The notes under the pieces: generated by a model | Seen by the model: the letters and a program-made list of their open reading frames with translations, nothing else | Databases searched by the model: none | Told to the model about the DNA's origin: nothing | Assembly: GCA_041613315.1 (NCBI GenBank) | Contig: JBFJHJ010000029.1 | Location: 1 to 44,947 of the forward strand | Source: Gemmatimonadales bacterium | GTDB lineage: Bacteria; Gemmatimonadota; Gemmatimonadetes; Gemmatimonadales; GWC2-71-9 | Reading direction: 5' to 3' | DNA length: 44,947 bases | Position numbers and translations under genes: made by a program | Shown: positions 25,898-34,640 of the stretch, piece after piece | Layout of the letters: each line of letters opens with the position of its first letter | Position numbering within the stretch: position 1 is the first letter of the stretch

Positions 25898-28330
25898 CTA
25901 CAGCAGGGACGCCGGGTCCCGGTCGAAGATCACCCGCACGGATCCTCGGCCCGCGTGCGGCGCTCGGCGCGTGGCGTAGCGGACGAGCCGGCCAAGGGCG
26001 CGCCGGTCCGCGGACCGCAGCAGGGCGTGCCACCGCCACCGCCGGTGAAGGCGGGCGAGGGGAGCGGGCGCCGGGCCCAACACCTCCACGACCTGCGCCA
26101 GCCGCGCGGCGACGAGTCCCCGCAGCCATTCGGTGACCTCCGCTGCCGCTGCGCCGACGACCTGCTCGGCGGTGCCGCTCACCACCACGTTCACGAGCCC
26201 CACGTGAGGCGGATAGGGCGGCGAGCGCCGTTCCTCGAACTCCCGCGCGGCGAACGCCTCAACATCGTGCGCCGCCGCCGCCTGCAGCGCGTAATGGCCG
26301 GGCGTACGCGTCTGCACCAGCACGCGCCCGCCGGCGGGCCCGCGGCCCGCCCGCCCCGCTACCTGGGCGATCAGCTGGAATGTGCGTTCCGCGGCCCGAA
26401 AGTCCGGGAGATGGAGCCCCGTGTCGGCGTCCACGACCCCGACGAGGGTCACGCCAGGAAAGTCCAGTCCTTTCGCGATCATCTGCGTTCCGAACAGCAC
26501 GTCGACGTCGCGCCGGGCGACGGCCTCGAGGATACGCCCGTGCGACCATTTGCCGGACGTGGTGTCGGCATCCATGCGGGCCAGCCGCGCCGCGGGCCAA
26601 CGCTCCGCGAGCCACCGCTCGAGCTGCTGCGTGCCGATCCCACGCATCCGACGCGCCTCACCGCCACACATCGGGCACCGGACGGGGACGGGGGCATCGT
26701 GTCCGCAATAGTGGCACCGCAACCGGGCGGGGGTCCGGTGGACCGTGAGCGAGATCGAGCACGAGGGACAGTCCCAAACGTGACCGCATCCGCCGCACTG
26801 GAGAAAGTGGGCAAACCCGCGACGGTTGAGGAGGAGCAGCACCTGAGCGCCGGCGCCCAGCGCCGCGTCCACGGCACTGTCCAGGGCGCAGGACCAGGGC
26901 ACCGCACCGCTCGCCGCCTCGCGCGGCTCCGACCGCATATCGAGCAGCGTCACTTCCGGAAGCGGCCGCGCCCCGATGCGCGCCGGGAGCGCGACTAGCG
27001 GGATCCGGTCCCGCGCCGCCCACGTTTCGAGCGAGGGGGTCGCGCTTCCCAGGATCACCCGCGCACCCTCCATCCGCGCCCGTCGTAACGCCACATCGCG
27101 TCCGTGATAGCGGGGCGCTTCGCTCTGCTTGTAGCTCGCATCATGCTCCTCGTCGACAACCACGACCCCCAGGGGCGCCACCGGGGCGAAGACCGCCGAG
27201 CGGGCGCCCACGGCGACACGCCGCGCACCCGCTGCGAGCGCGCGCCACGCGTCGGCGCGTTCCCCGTCCGAGAGCCCGCTGTGCAGGACGGCCACCGTGT
27301 CGCCGAACACCCCACGGACCCGCGCCACGGTCTGTGGCGTCAGCGCGATCTCGGGTACGAGCACGATGGCGCCCCGTCCTGCCTCGACCTCGGGCCGCAC
27401 AGCCTCCAGATACACCAGCGTCTTCCCGCTCCCGGTGACGCCGAAGAGTGTCGCCGCGTCGCCGGCGGGCAGGGATCGCACCGTTGCGATCGCCTCGCGC
27501 TGGGCGGCAGTGGGCTCCGGCGGCGGCACCGCCGCGATGTCAGCAAAGGGATCGCGCAGGCGCTCGCGCTCTTCGAAGCGCGCGACGCCCCGCGCGACCA
27601 GCGCTCGCAACACGGCGGTCGAGACCCCGAAGCGCTCCGTCAGGTACCGCGCCGACGCCGCGCCGCCCATGGCGTCCAGCGCTTCGTACGCCACCCGCTG
27701 CTTGGCCGCGCGCCCGAACGCGCGCGTCCGCTCGAGGATGGTGGGAAGGACCGTGGTGAGCCGAATGACGCGCTCCGTCCCGGCAGCCGGCCCGAGGTCC
27801 GGCGGTTCGGTCTCGAGCGTGACGGCGCCCGCGCGCTCGAGCCGCTGCAGGGCGTCCCATACCGGCCGGTGCAGGCGGCGGCCCAGCGTGCTCGCGGGGA
27901 CGCGCCCACCGCCGCGCACGAGCGCCTCCAGCACGTCGCGACTCGCACCACCGGGGGCCGCCTCCGCGTCACGCACCGCGGCGACCAGTCGCGAGGCACC
28001 CCACAGCGCCGCGGGCAGCATCCCGCGAAGCGCCAGGCCCAGGGGGGTCGCGTAGTACGCCGCGATCCACCGGGCGAGGGCGAGGAGGGGCGCCGGCACC
28101 AGTGGCGCCGGGTCGGGGGCCAGGAGCACCGGCCGGAGCTCAGGGGTCGGCCGACGGTCTTCCGCCTTCGCGCCGACCTCGACCACGATGCCGACGAGCT
28201 CGCGCGTGCGTACCGGAACGACGACGCGCGCCCCGGCCACGACCCGGTCCGCGAGGGTCGGGGGGACGGCGTAGCGATACGGCGACGGGCTGGGGAGAGG
28301 GAGCGCAACCGAACAGGTCGTGGGAATCAT
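25898..28330 (-). CDS. priA: Primosomal protein N' (replication restart helicase)
   Basis: GVTGSGKT, VPEIALTPQ, DEEH, SATPS, LNRRG, four CxxC, GTQMIAKGLDF, QVAGRAGR; start moved to ATG 28330. Confidence 0.96.
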   Translation of the reverse strand: MIPTTCSVALPLPSPSPYRYAVPPTLADRVVAGARVVVPVRTRELVGIVVEVGAKAEDRRPTPELRPVLLAPDPAPLVPAPLLALARWIAAYYATPLGLALRGMLPAALWGASRLVAAVRDAEAAPGGASRDVLEALVRGGGRVPASTLGRRLHRPVWDALQRLERAGAVTLETEPPDLGPAAGTERVIRLTTVLPTILERTRAFGRAAKQRVAYEALDAMGGAASARYLTERFGVSTAVLRALVARGVARFEERERLRDPFADIAAVPPPEPTAAQREAIATVRSLPAGDAATLFGVTGSGKTLVYLEAVRPEVEAGRGAIVLVPEIALTPQTVARVRGVFGDTVAVLHSGLSDGERADAWRALAAGARRVAVGARSAVFAPVAPLGVVVVDEEHDASYKQSEAPRYHGRDVALRRARMEGARVILGSATPSLETWAARDRIPLVALPARIGARPLPEVTLLDMRSEPREAASGAVPWSCALDSAVDAALGAGAQVLLLLNRRGFAHFLQCGGCGHVWDCPSCSISLTVHRTPARLRCHYCGHDAPVPVRCPMCGGEARRMRGIGTQQLERWLAERWPAARLARMDADTTSGKWSHGRILEAVARRDVDVLFGTQMIAKGLDFPGVTLVGVVDADTGLHLPDFRAAERTFQLIAQVAGRAGRGPAGGRVLVQTRTPGHYALQAAAAHDVEAFAAREFEERRSPPYPPHVGLVNVVVSGTAEQVVGAAAAEVTEWLRGLVAARLAQVVEVLGPAPAPLARLHRRWRWHALLRSADRRALGRLVRYATRRAPHAGRGSVRVIFDRDPASLL

Positions 28331-28355
28331 GCCATCGGCGGCGGACCCGTTGGGC

Positions 28356-29093
28356 TCACTCTTGCCACCGCGTGCCCTTGATGAGCGAGAGTCCGAGGTC
28401 GCGGCGCAGGGCGAGCCGCCGCAATGCGCGCAGCTCCCGGCTGAACACGGCGCGCACGCCGGTCCAGCGAGCGGCGCGCCACCCACGGACGACCAGGCCG
28501 AGCCAGCCATGGGCGATCCACCCGCCGTCGAGCGCTGCGTCCTCTACCGTCAGCTCCACGATACGGGCGGCGCGGAAAAAGCTCTTCCATTCGACGAGGA
28601 GGTGGGGATGCAACCGGAGCCCGGCGAGTAGCGCCGCATCCGCAGGATCGGGCGTGCTGAGCCAGGAGGGGACCACCGCCATCACGGTGCTCAACGGACG
28701 CGCGACGCGGGCCGCCTCGCTCAGAATCTCCGCGCCGTCCCTCCCCACCAGGTGCAACAAGTCCACCACCGTCACGTCGAAGACGCTGGCCTCGTGCGGC
28801 AAGTTGGTCGGCATCGCGGTTTGGAACGTCGCCAGCTTGCTCAGTCCCGCCGCGCGTGCCGCGCGTTCGGCGGTCTCGATCGCCGCGTGATCGGGATCCA
28901 CTCCCTCGACGTGCGTCCGAAACCGTCCACCCCACCAAAGCACCGGGCGCCCCGCACCGCATCCGACCCACAGGACCTCCTGCCCCGCGCCCGCCTCGGC
29001 GAGCTGCGCCAGGCGACGGTGGATCGGTTCGGCGACATCGGACCAGGGTTGGAGGATGGCGACGAGCGCCGTGGGAGACAGCCTTGGCGGCAT
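28356..29093 (-). CDS. Class I SAM-dependent methyltransferase
   Basis: VLWVGCGAG motif I, GVD, LPHEASVFD, EAARVARP. Confidence 0.8.
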   Translation of the reverse strand: MPPRLSPTALVAILQPWSDVAEPIHRRLAQLAEAGAGQEVLWVGCGAGRPVLWWGGRFRTHVEGVDPDHAAIETAERAARAAGLSKLATFQTAMPTNLPHEASVFDVTVVDLLHLVGRDGAEILSEAARVARPLSTVMAVVPSWLSTPDPADAALLAGLRLHPHLLVEWKSFFRAARIVELTVEDAALDGGWIAHGWLGLVVRGWRAARWTGVRAVFSRELRALRRLALRRDLGLSLIKGTRWQE

Positions 29094-29159
29094 AAGGCCG
29101 AACGCTCTCCCCGGAACCAGGCTTCGTCAAGGGCGCGATGGGTCGCGCGTCGCCGCTCG

Positions 29160-30062
29160 CTACGCGAGCGCGCGCAGATGGGCGGCCACGGCGGCCGCGA
29201 GCCGGTGCGGCACGTACCCGCCTTCCAGCACGCTCGCGATCGGCGCGCCTACGTCGCGCCAGTCCGCGATCCACGTGGCGTAGTCCTCCGGCTCCAACGT
29301 GAACCCCGCCAACGGATCGCCCGCCATCGCGTCGAACCCTGCGGAGATCAGCATCAGCTGCGGCGTCCATCCGTCGGTCGCCCGCGCGACCGCGGCGGCG
29401 AGGGCCGTCACGTACTCCGCCCGCGGTCGGCCGGGAGGCCGCGGCACGTTGAAGACGTTGCCGACCCCGCGCTCCTCCGCCCGACCCGTCCCCGGGTAGA
29501 GCGGCCACTGGTGGAGCGAGACGTAGCGGATGCGCGCGTCCTGCTCGACGAGCGCCTGCGTACCGTTCCCGTGGTGGACATCCCAGTCCACGATGAGGAC
29601 GCGATCGAGGCCGACATCCGTCAGCGCCGCGCGCGCGGCGACCACGACGTTGTTGAGGAGGCAGAACCCCATGGCGCGATCCGCCGTGGCGTGGTGACCC
29701 GGCGGCCGTATGGCGGCGAAGGCCGGGGCACCGTCAATCGCCAGGCGAGCGGCCAGCACCGCGGCGCCGGCGGCGTGCCCCGCCGCCTCGTAGCTCCGCG
29801 TGCTCATCGTGGTATCGGCGTCGATCCGCCCACCCCCCTGCCGGTCGAGCGCCGCGAGCCGGTCGAGATGCCGTCGGGGATGCACGCGCAGGAGCTCGGC
29901 GTCCGTGGCAGGCGCGGCGTCGTGCCAGCAGAGCTGCTCCCGTGGGACCCACGACCGCAGCTCGGCGAGGATCGCCTCGAGCCGCGCCGGCGATTCAGGA
30001 TGTCCCTCCCCGGGTCGGTGCTCAAGCACGGACGGGTGCGAAATGACGTGCACGGGCCTCAT
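29160..30062 (-). CDS. Histone deacetylase / acetylpolyamine amidohydrolase family Zn deacylase
   Basis: HPESPARL, RPPGHHA, GFCLLNN, DWDVHHGNGTQ, SLHQ, YPGTG, SAGFD, LEGGY; GAGGAG SD before ATG 30062. Confidence 0.93.
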   Translation of the reverse strand: MRPVHVISHPSVLEHRPGEGHPESPARLEAILAELRSWVPREQLCWHDAAPATDAELLRVHPRRHLDRLAALDRQGGGRIDADTTMSTRSYEAAGHAAGAAVLAARLAIDGAPAFAAIRPPGHHATADRAMGFCLLNNVVVAARAALTDVGLDRVLIVDWDVHHGNGTQALVEQDARIRYVSLHQWPLYPGTGRAEERGVGNVFNVPRPPGRPRAEYVTALAAAVARATDGWTPQLMLISAGFDAMAGDPLAGFTLEPEDYATWIADWRDVGAPIASVLEGGYVPHRLAAAVAAHLRALA

Positions 30063-30108
30063 CGCTCCTCGCTCCCACGTCCCCCGCCTCGCCGCCCGAT
30101 GCAGCAGG

Positions 30109-30378
30109 TCACCGCGCGGGTCGTCGTCGCGCCGGGAGCACGATGAACGGCGCCAAGTCCGGCACCCCCAGCGCTCCCAGGGTCGTCGCTTCGTCGAGCA
30201 CCAAGGCGCCGCGGAACTTGACCTGGTAGCGCGACGCATCCACATCGCGCCCCGTCGCGATCGCCAGCGCGTCGACCTTGAGTCGGGCGACGGTCCACTC
30301 GGGGGTCGCCGAGAGCGCCACGACGTCCCACACGTCCGTCACCCACACGCGAACCGTCAGCGCGCTGGCCACCGTCAT
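30109..30378 (-). CDS. Ubiquitin-like (beta-grasp; YukD/EsaB- or Ub-like) small protein lacking C-terminal Gly-Gly
   Basis: LSATPEWTVARLK ~ Ub LEVEPSDTIENVK; FRGALVLD ~ FAGKQLED; TLGALGV ~ TLSDYNI; ATGA overlap with the upstream gene. Confidence 0.72.
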   Translation of the reverse strand: MTVASALTVRVWVTDVWDVVALSATPEWTVARLKVDALAIATGRDVDASRYQVKFRGALVLDEATTLGALGVPDLAPFIVLPARRRPAR

Positions 30379-30647
30379 GCCGCTCCCACTTCCACCGGGG
30401 GCAGCGTGGAAAAGAACCGCCCGATCGCCTGGTCGTAGAACAGCGACGACGCGCGGATTCGCGTGCCCCGTTCAGTCGGAAACGCGGCGATGGTCAGCTC
30501 CTCGCCCCCCTGCCCTCGGAACGTCGCAAACGTCGGCCCCTCCGTCTCCACAAAGGCCCCGTGGTGCGGCACCCGCTCAGCGAAGAAGGCCTTCGCCAAT
30601 GTCAGCACCGCGTCCGGCGGCAACGTGGTCATCATCTCGTGCGTCAT
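30375..30647 (-). CDS. Hypothetical 90-aa alpha/beta protein
   Basis: AGGAG SD before ATG 30647; helix-beta meander-helix pattern (FRGQGGEE); ATGA overlap with the Ubl gene; TATTAT -10-like hexamer at 30676-30681. Confidence 0.75.
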   Translation of the reverse strand: MTHEMMTTLPPDAVLTLAKAFFAERVPHHGAFVETEGPTFATFRGQGGEELTIAAFPTERGTRIRASSLFYDQAIGRFFSTLPPVEVGAA

Positions 30648-30711
30648 CGGTACCCATCTCCTCGGGGCGTGAAACATAATACGGCAAGCGGCCCCGACCC
30701 GGAGGCTCCGC

Positions 30712-31395
30712 TCAGTTCAACGCCTCGACCTCGGCCCGGCGCTCCGTCGGGCGCCGCGCGCCGCGGAACAGGTCGACGAGGCGAGGCTTCCGCCGGAACA
30801 CGAGCACCACATCACCGGGCGGTGGGTGGCGGAGGCCCTCTACGGTGAGGTACAAGGGAAGCGGCTCGGGCGGCACGGCGACCCGGTACTGCCGCCCATG
30901 CCATCCGAAGTCGGCCGTCGCGGGGGGTGCCCGCACCACACGCTCGAGAAAGACGTCGTCGTCCACCCGATAGACACCGTCCCCCACCTGCTCACCGGCG
31001 CGGAAGAACAGCGGATCGAACGGCTCGCCCTCCGCACGGGCGAAGCTCTGCTCGGCGGCCCAATCATAGGCCTCGAGCTCATCGGTGCGCGCGCGCCATT
31101 CCAAGTGATGTCGGAGCTCGTGGAGGAGCGTCTCCCACGCCTCCTCTCGCCAGTCGAAGTCGGGCCGGTCGTGAGCGAGCGCCTGAAACGAGCCGTGGTG
31201 CAGCACGACGCGCGACATCACGTCGTCCGTGCCGGTGTGGAACGGAATGCACTCGCCAAGGGTGTAGACGTGGTCTCGGAGCGGGTGAGGCACCGCCTTC
31301 TCGCTCACCTCGATGGCCGCGATCCCGTCCAGATACTCCCGCGGGATCTCCGTGGCCATTCGCTCCACCATCGCCTTGAAGTGCTGGAGGCGCAT
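30712..31395 (-). CDS. Zincin-like metallopeptidase family protein
   Basis: YTLGEC, ETLLHELRHH (HExxH); extra C-terminal beta region. Confidence 0.8.
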   Translation of the reverse strand: MRLQHFKAMVERMATEIPREYLDGIAAIEVSEKAVPHPLRDHVYTLGECIPFHTGTDDVMSRVVLHHGSFQALAHDRPDFDWREEAWETLLHELRHHLEWRARTDELEAYDWAAEQSFARAEGEPFDPLFFRAGEQVGDGVYRVDDDVFLERVVRAPPATADFGWHGRQYRVAVPPEPLPLYLTVEGLRHPPPGDVVLVFRRKPRLVDLFRGARRPTERRAEVEALN

Positions 31396-31415
31396 GCTGC
31401 GGGCGGCGCCGTTAG

Positions 31416-31537
31416 CCGTCGTCGGTCATCGGTTGTCCGTGGCGCGCTCGACGCACTCCGCGCCGTCGATATCGACGCTTGGTCCGGTCGCGAACGAGAG
31501 ACCGCCGCGTCACGGCGGACGGGCAACGGACGACGGA
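31416..31537. repeat. Degenerate heptamer inverted-repeat element
   Basis: CCGTCGT-CGGTCAT-CGGTTGT-CCGTG, mirrored by CACGG-CGGACGG-GCAACGG-ACGACGG; internal palindrome CGTCGATATCGACG. Confidence 0.55.
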
Positions 31538-31543
31538 CACCAT

Positions 31544-33109
31544 TCACGATTCCGGGCCGACCGCCCGGTCCGCCGCTGCGCTGGTCCGTCCCCCGAGCCA
31601 GCGATTGGCCATTAGGAGCGCCGCGAACACAAAGGCCCACTGGACGAGCACCGTGCCGACGTTCTCCTCGCCGAACGGCGAGAGCCAGCCCGTCGGGTCC
31701 CAGTCGCGCGCCTGGTACAGCCACCAGACCATCAGCACGACGGCCTGGAGCGGGACCAAGACGGTAATCACCACCTCCCACCAGGCGCCCACGCGGATGT
31801 CCGAATGCTCATGGTTGAGCTGCTCGCTGCGAAACCGCCGGACGCCCGAGACGATGACGGCGATCGCGAAGAACATCCCCGAGATCATCAGGGCCACGGC
31901 CCAGACCCAGTCCTGGTTGTGAAACACCCGGATCGAGATTGCCGACGGCAACCCGAGGAGGAACCCCACCACACCGACGAGGCGGACGGCGCGCCGCCGC
32001 GCCATGCCGGCATCGACCAGCACGCGCGTCGCCAACTCAACCATTGCAATCAGGCTCGTGAATGCGGCAAACGCGAGTGCCGTGAAGAACAACACCATGA
32101 AAAACCGGCCGAGCGGGATGCGCGCGAAGAGCTGTGGCATCCAAATGAACGTCAGGCCCTCGCTGCGCGTACGGAAGATCTGCTCCTGCACGAGGTCCGG
32201 CGTGACCGCAGCGCCGGCCCGGATCGCCTCGCCCAAGCCCGGATACGCGGCGAGGACCGAGGGATCGTCGGCGAACTGTTGGACGAGCGTCGGGACCACC
32301 GAGAACACCGTACAGAGCACCATCACTCCTGCCAGCAACGAGATCATGTTGTTCGCCGTCGGCAGCAGGAACGCGTTCAGCGCCGTGTCCTCCCGCGTTC
32401 GAAGATACGCGGCGTAAACCAGCACGAGCCCCCACCCGGCGCCGGTGTCCCACGCGTTCTGCGTCAATGCCTCCAGCCAGATTTGGGCGTTTCCCAGCCG
32501 GCCCCAGTCGACGCCGAACAGATACCCGAGGCCGTCGGCAGCGCCGGGGAGGCTCACGGCGCGCACGGCGAGCACGACGACGAGGGCCACGAGCGTGGGC
32601 ATCAGGAACTTCGCCACCCGCTCGATGGCCCTCACACCGCGGGCGACCACGAAGATCGCGAGCGCCATGGCAAACCCGTGCGTCACGATGGGCCACATCG
32701 ATCCCGTGTACGCGTCCCAGAACGTCCCGGGTCGCAGATCGGGGAGCTCGCCCGTCAGCGAGCCCAGGGCGTAGCGCACGGTCCACCCCGCGACCACGGA
32801 GTAGTAAAACATGATCGCCGTGGCGACGAACGCGACAAACGCCCCCATCCACGCCCACCGCGGGCCCATCATCTGCACGAACGCCCGCACGGGGCCGGCG
32901 CGGGTCTTACGCCCCATCCCGAACTCGACGAGGATCAGCGGGATCGACCAGAGGAAGAGGAAGGCAATCCACGCGACGAGGAACTCCCCGCCCCCGTTCT
33001 GCGCCGCAATCCGGGGAAACCGCCAGATGTTCCCGGTGCCGACGGCCATGCCGAGCATGGCGAGCATCATCAGCCACCGCGACGAGAAAGCTTCGGACTT
33101 GCCGTTCAC
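31544..33109 (-). CDS. Sodium-dependent neurotransmitter symporter (NSS/SNF, LeuT-like) amino-acid transporter
   Basis: FSSR, AVGTGNIWRFP, NGGG, FYYSVVAGW, GLTF, AAFTS; multiple TM segments. Confidence 0.93.
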   Translation of the reverse strand: MNGKSEAFSSRWLMMLAMLGMAVGTGNIWRFPRIAAQNGGGEFLVAWIAFLFLWSIPLILVEFGMGRKTRAGPVRAFVQMMGPRWAWMGAFVAFVATAIMFYYSVVAGWTVRYALGSLTGELPDLRPGTFWDAYTGSMWPIVTHGFAMALAIFVVARGVRAIERVAKFLMPTLVALVVVLAVRAVSLPGAADGLGYLFGVDWGRLGNAQIWLEALTQNAWDTGAGWGLVLVYAAYLRTREDTALNAFLLPTANNMISLLAGVMVLCTVFSVVPTLVQQFADDPSVLAAYPGLGEAIRAGAAVTPDLVQEQIFRTRSEGLTFIWMPQLFARIPLGRFFMVLFFTALAFAAFTSLIAMVELATRVLVDAGMARRRAVRLVGVVGFLLGLPSAISIRVFHNQDWVWAVALMISGMFFAIAVIVSGVRRFRSEQLNHEHSDIRVGAWWEVVITVLVPLQAVVLMVWWLYQARDWDPTGWLSPFGEENVGTVLVQWAFVFAALLMANRWLGGRTSAAADRAVGPES

Positions 33110-33179
33110 GGTTTCCTCGCTGGGAAGGAGCTCACCCGGGTGCCGCGACGCGTCCGGCGCCGGTCCGCGGCGGGCGCGC

Positions 33180-34640
33180 TCAGGCCTCGACCAACGCCGC
33201 CACGCGCCGCACGACCGGATCGAAACTGAGCGGCTTCTCCGCGGCGGCGCTCGCCAGCCGGTCCGCCGGGTCCGCCTGGCCCCGGCTCATCAGGTCCTGC
33301 ACGAACATCCCGGCCCGGGGGTTGCGGTACCAGTCTTCGTCGAAGCGCTCCGTCAGCGTCTCGGCGAGCAGTGCCTCCAGTTGCCACGCCCGGAGATACC
33401 GCGCGGCGTAGAACCCCGGATCCACATCGAGGAGGTAGTCGGCGTCGGGGTAGCGGAACAGCGTCGCGGCGGTCAGGCGTTCGGCGTAGCGCGGCCCCAT
33501 GGCCTCCAGATCGCCCTCGTGCAGCTCGAGCTCGTAGATGAGCTTCGCCGCGTAGCGCCGGGTCAAGAAGAGCTCGTTCACGCCAGCCTCGACGCTTAGC
33601 GCGGCGGCCTCCGCGCGGGGCAGCCCGACGTACCGCCGCAACCAGCCACCCGCGAGCGTGAGGTGGTCCCACAACATCGCAAAGCCCTCGGTGACGGAAT
33701 TGTCGCCCAGCCATCGCGCGGCGAACGGCAGGTCCGGCGACGCCGACGCGAAGTGCATCGCGTGCCCAAGCTCGTGCCAGAACGTCCGGTAATCGTGGTG
33801 GCCTCCCCGCGGGCGCAGGACCACGTACACTTCCTCCGGCACGCGCACCTGCACGCAGAAGGCACGCGGCTGCTTACCCGGCAGCTCCTCGGTGTCGAAC
33901 CGGACGCGGCCACCCACCGTCGCATCGAGCCCCATCTCGCCCATCTGGCGGCACGCCGTCGCCACGAGCTCCGTCGGCGGGAACGCCGCGTCGAAGCGGT
34001 CGCCCCGAAACAGCCACGATCCATCGGCGCGCACCAGATCCCCGATCCCGCACCCGAGCCGTCGCCGCGCGAGTCGGCCAAGGTGCTCCGCGTAGAGATC
34101 GGCCGTCTCGTGCAGATAGCGCTCCGCCAACGTCGCGAGAGCACGGAGGTCGATGCCGCTCAGCGCCGTGGTCGTGTCCACATAGCCGCCCAGCCCCAGC
34201 ACGGCCACCGCCTCGTGCTCGAGACCGAAGCGCTCGCGCCGGATTCCGTTGAGCGCGGCAGTGCCGGCGGCCACCCGGGCCGATTCGAGAGCGATGCGAA
34301 ACGCCCGATCCGGGGCGTTGGCGAGCTCGATGGGCGCGCGCAGATACGGGACGCGGTGCCCGTTGACCTCCAACATGGCCCGCTGCTCCCAAACCAGTTG
34401 GCGCTCTTCCAAGGGCGCCACGAGCCGGCCGACCCGGACGTCCATGACCCATTCCAGGAGCTCGCGCACGCCGCTGGCCCGCGCGGCCGCCAGCGCGTCG
34501 TCGCTCGCGAGTTCGCTATGGTCGTCGTAAATTCGCTGGAACGCGGGGTCATCCTTGCGCCCGGCACCCGTCAGATAATACTCCCGCCCCAGCGCCTGAT
34601 GCAGCGACTCCCCCCGGGCGACGAGGTCGTCCAACCTCAC
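33180..34640 (-). CDS. M3/M32-like gluzincin metallopeptidase
   Basis: GKQPRAFC, FWHELGHAMH, VTEGFA, FYAARY; GTGA overlap with the GlyRS stop. Confidence 0.75.
   Translation of the reverse strand: MRLDDLVARGESLHQALGREYYLTGAGRKDDPAFQRIYDDHSELASDDALAAARASGVRELLEWVMDVRVGRLVAPLEERQLVWEQRAMLEVNGHRVPYLRAPIELANAPDRAFRIALESARVAAGTAALNGIRRERFGLEHEAVAVLGLGGYVDTTTALSGIDLRALATLAERYLHETADLYAEHLGRLARRRLGCGIGDLVRADGSWLFRGDRFDAAFPPTELVATACRQMGEMGLDATVGGRVRFDTEELPGKQPRAFCVQVRVPEEVYVVLRPRGGHHDYRTFWHELGHAMHFASASPDLPFAARWLGDNSVTEGFAMLWDHLTLAGGWLRRYVGLPRAEAAALSVEAGVNELFLTRRYAAKLIYELELHEGDLEAMGPRYAERLTAATLFRYPDADYLLDVDPGFYAARYLRAWQLEALLAETLTERFDEDWYRNPRAGMFVQDLMSRGQADPADRLASAAAEKPLSFDPVVRRVAALVEA

Noticed and set aside
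28327..29508. 393-aa alternative-frame ORF over the methyltransferase and HDAC
   Set aside because: Low-complexity Arg/Gly/Ala sequence overlapping two motif-bearing genes
30063..30245. N-terminal extension of the HDAC ORF (possible Ubl-HDAC fusion or frameshift)
   Set aside because: It lies in a different frame from the Ubl; the HDAC has its own GAGGAG SD at ATG 30062 and no slippery site is evident
19327..31537. CRISPR array or IS ends at the two repeat hairpins
   Set aside because: No repeat-spacer periodicity, cas genes, transposase or target-site duplications
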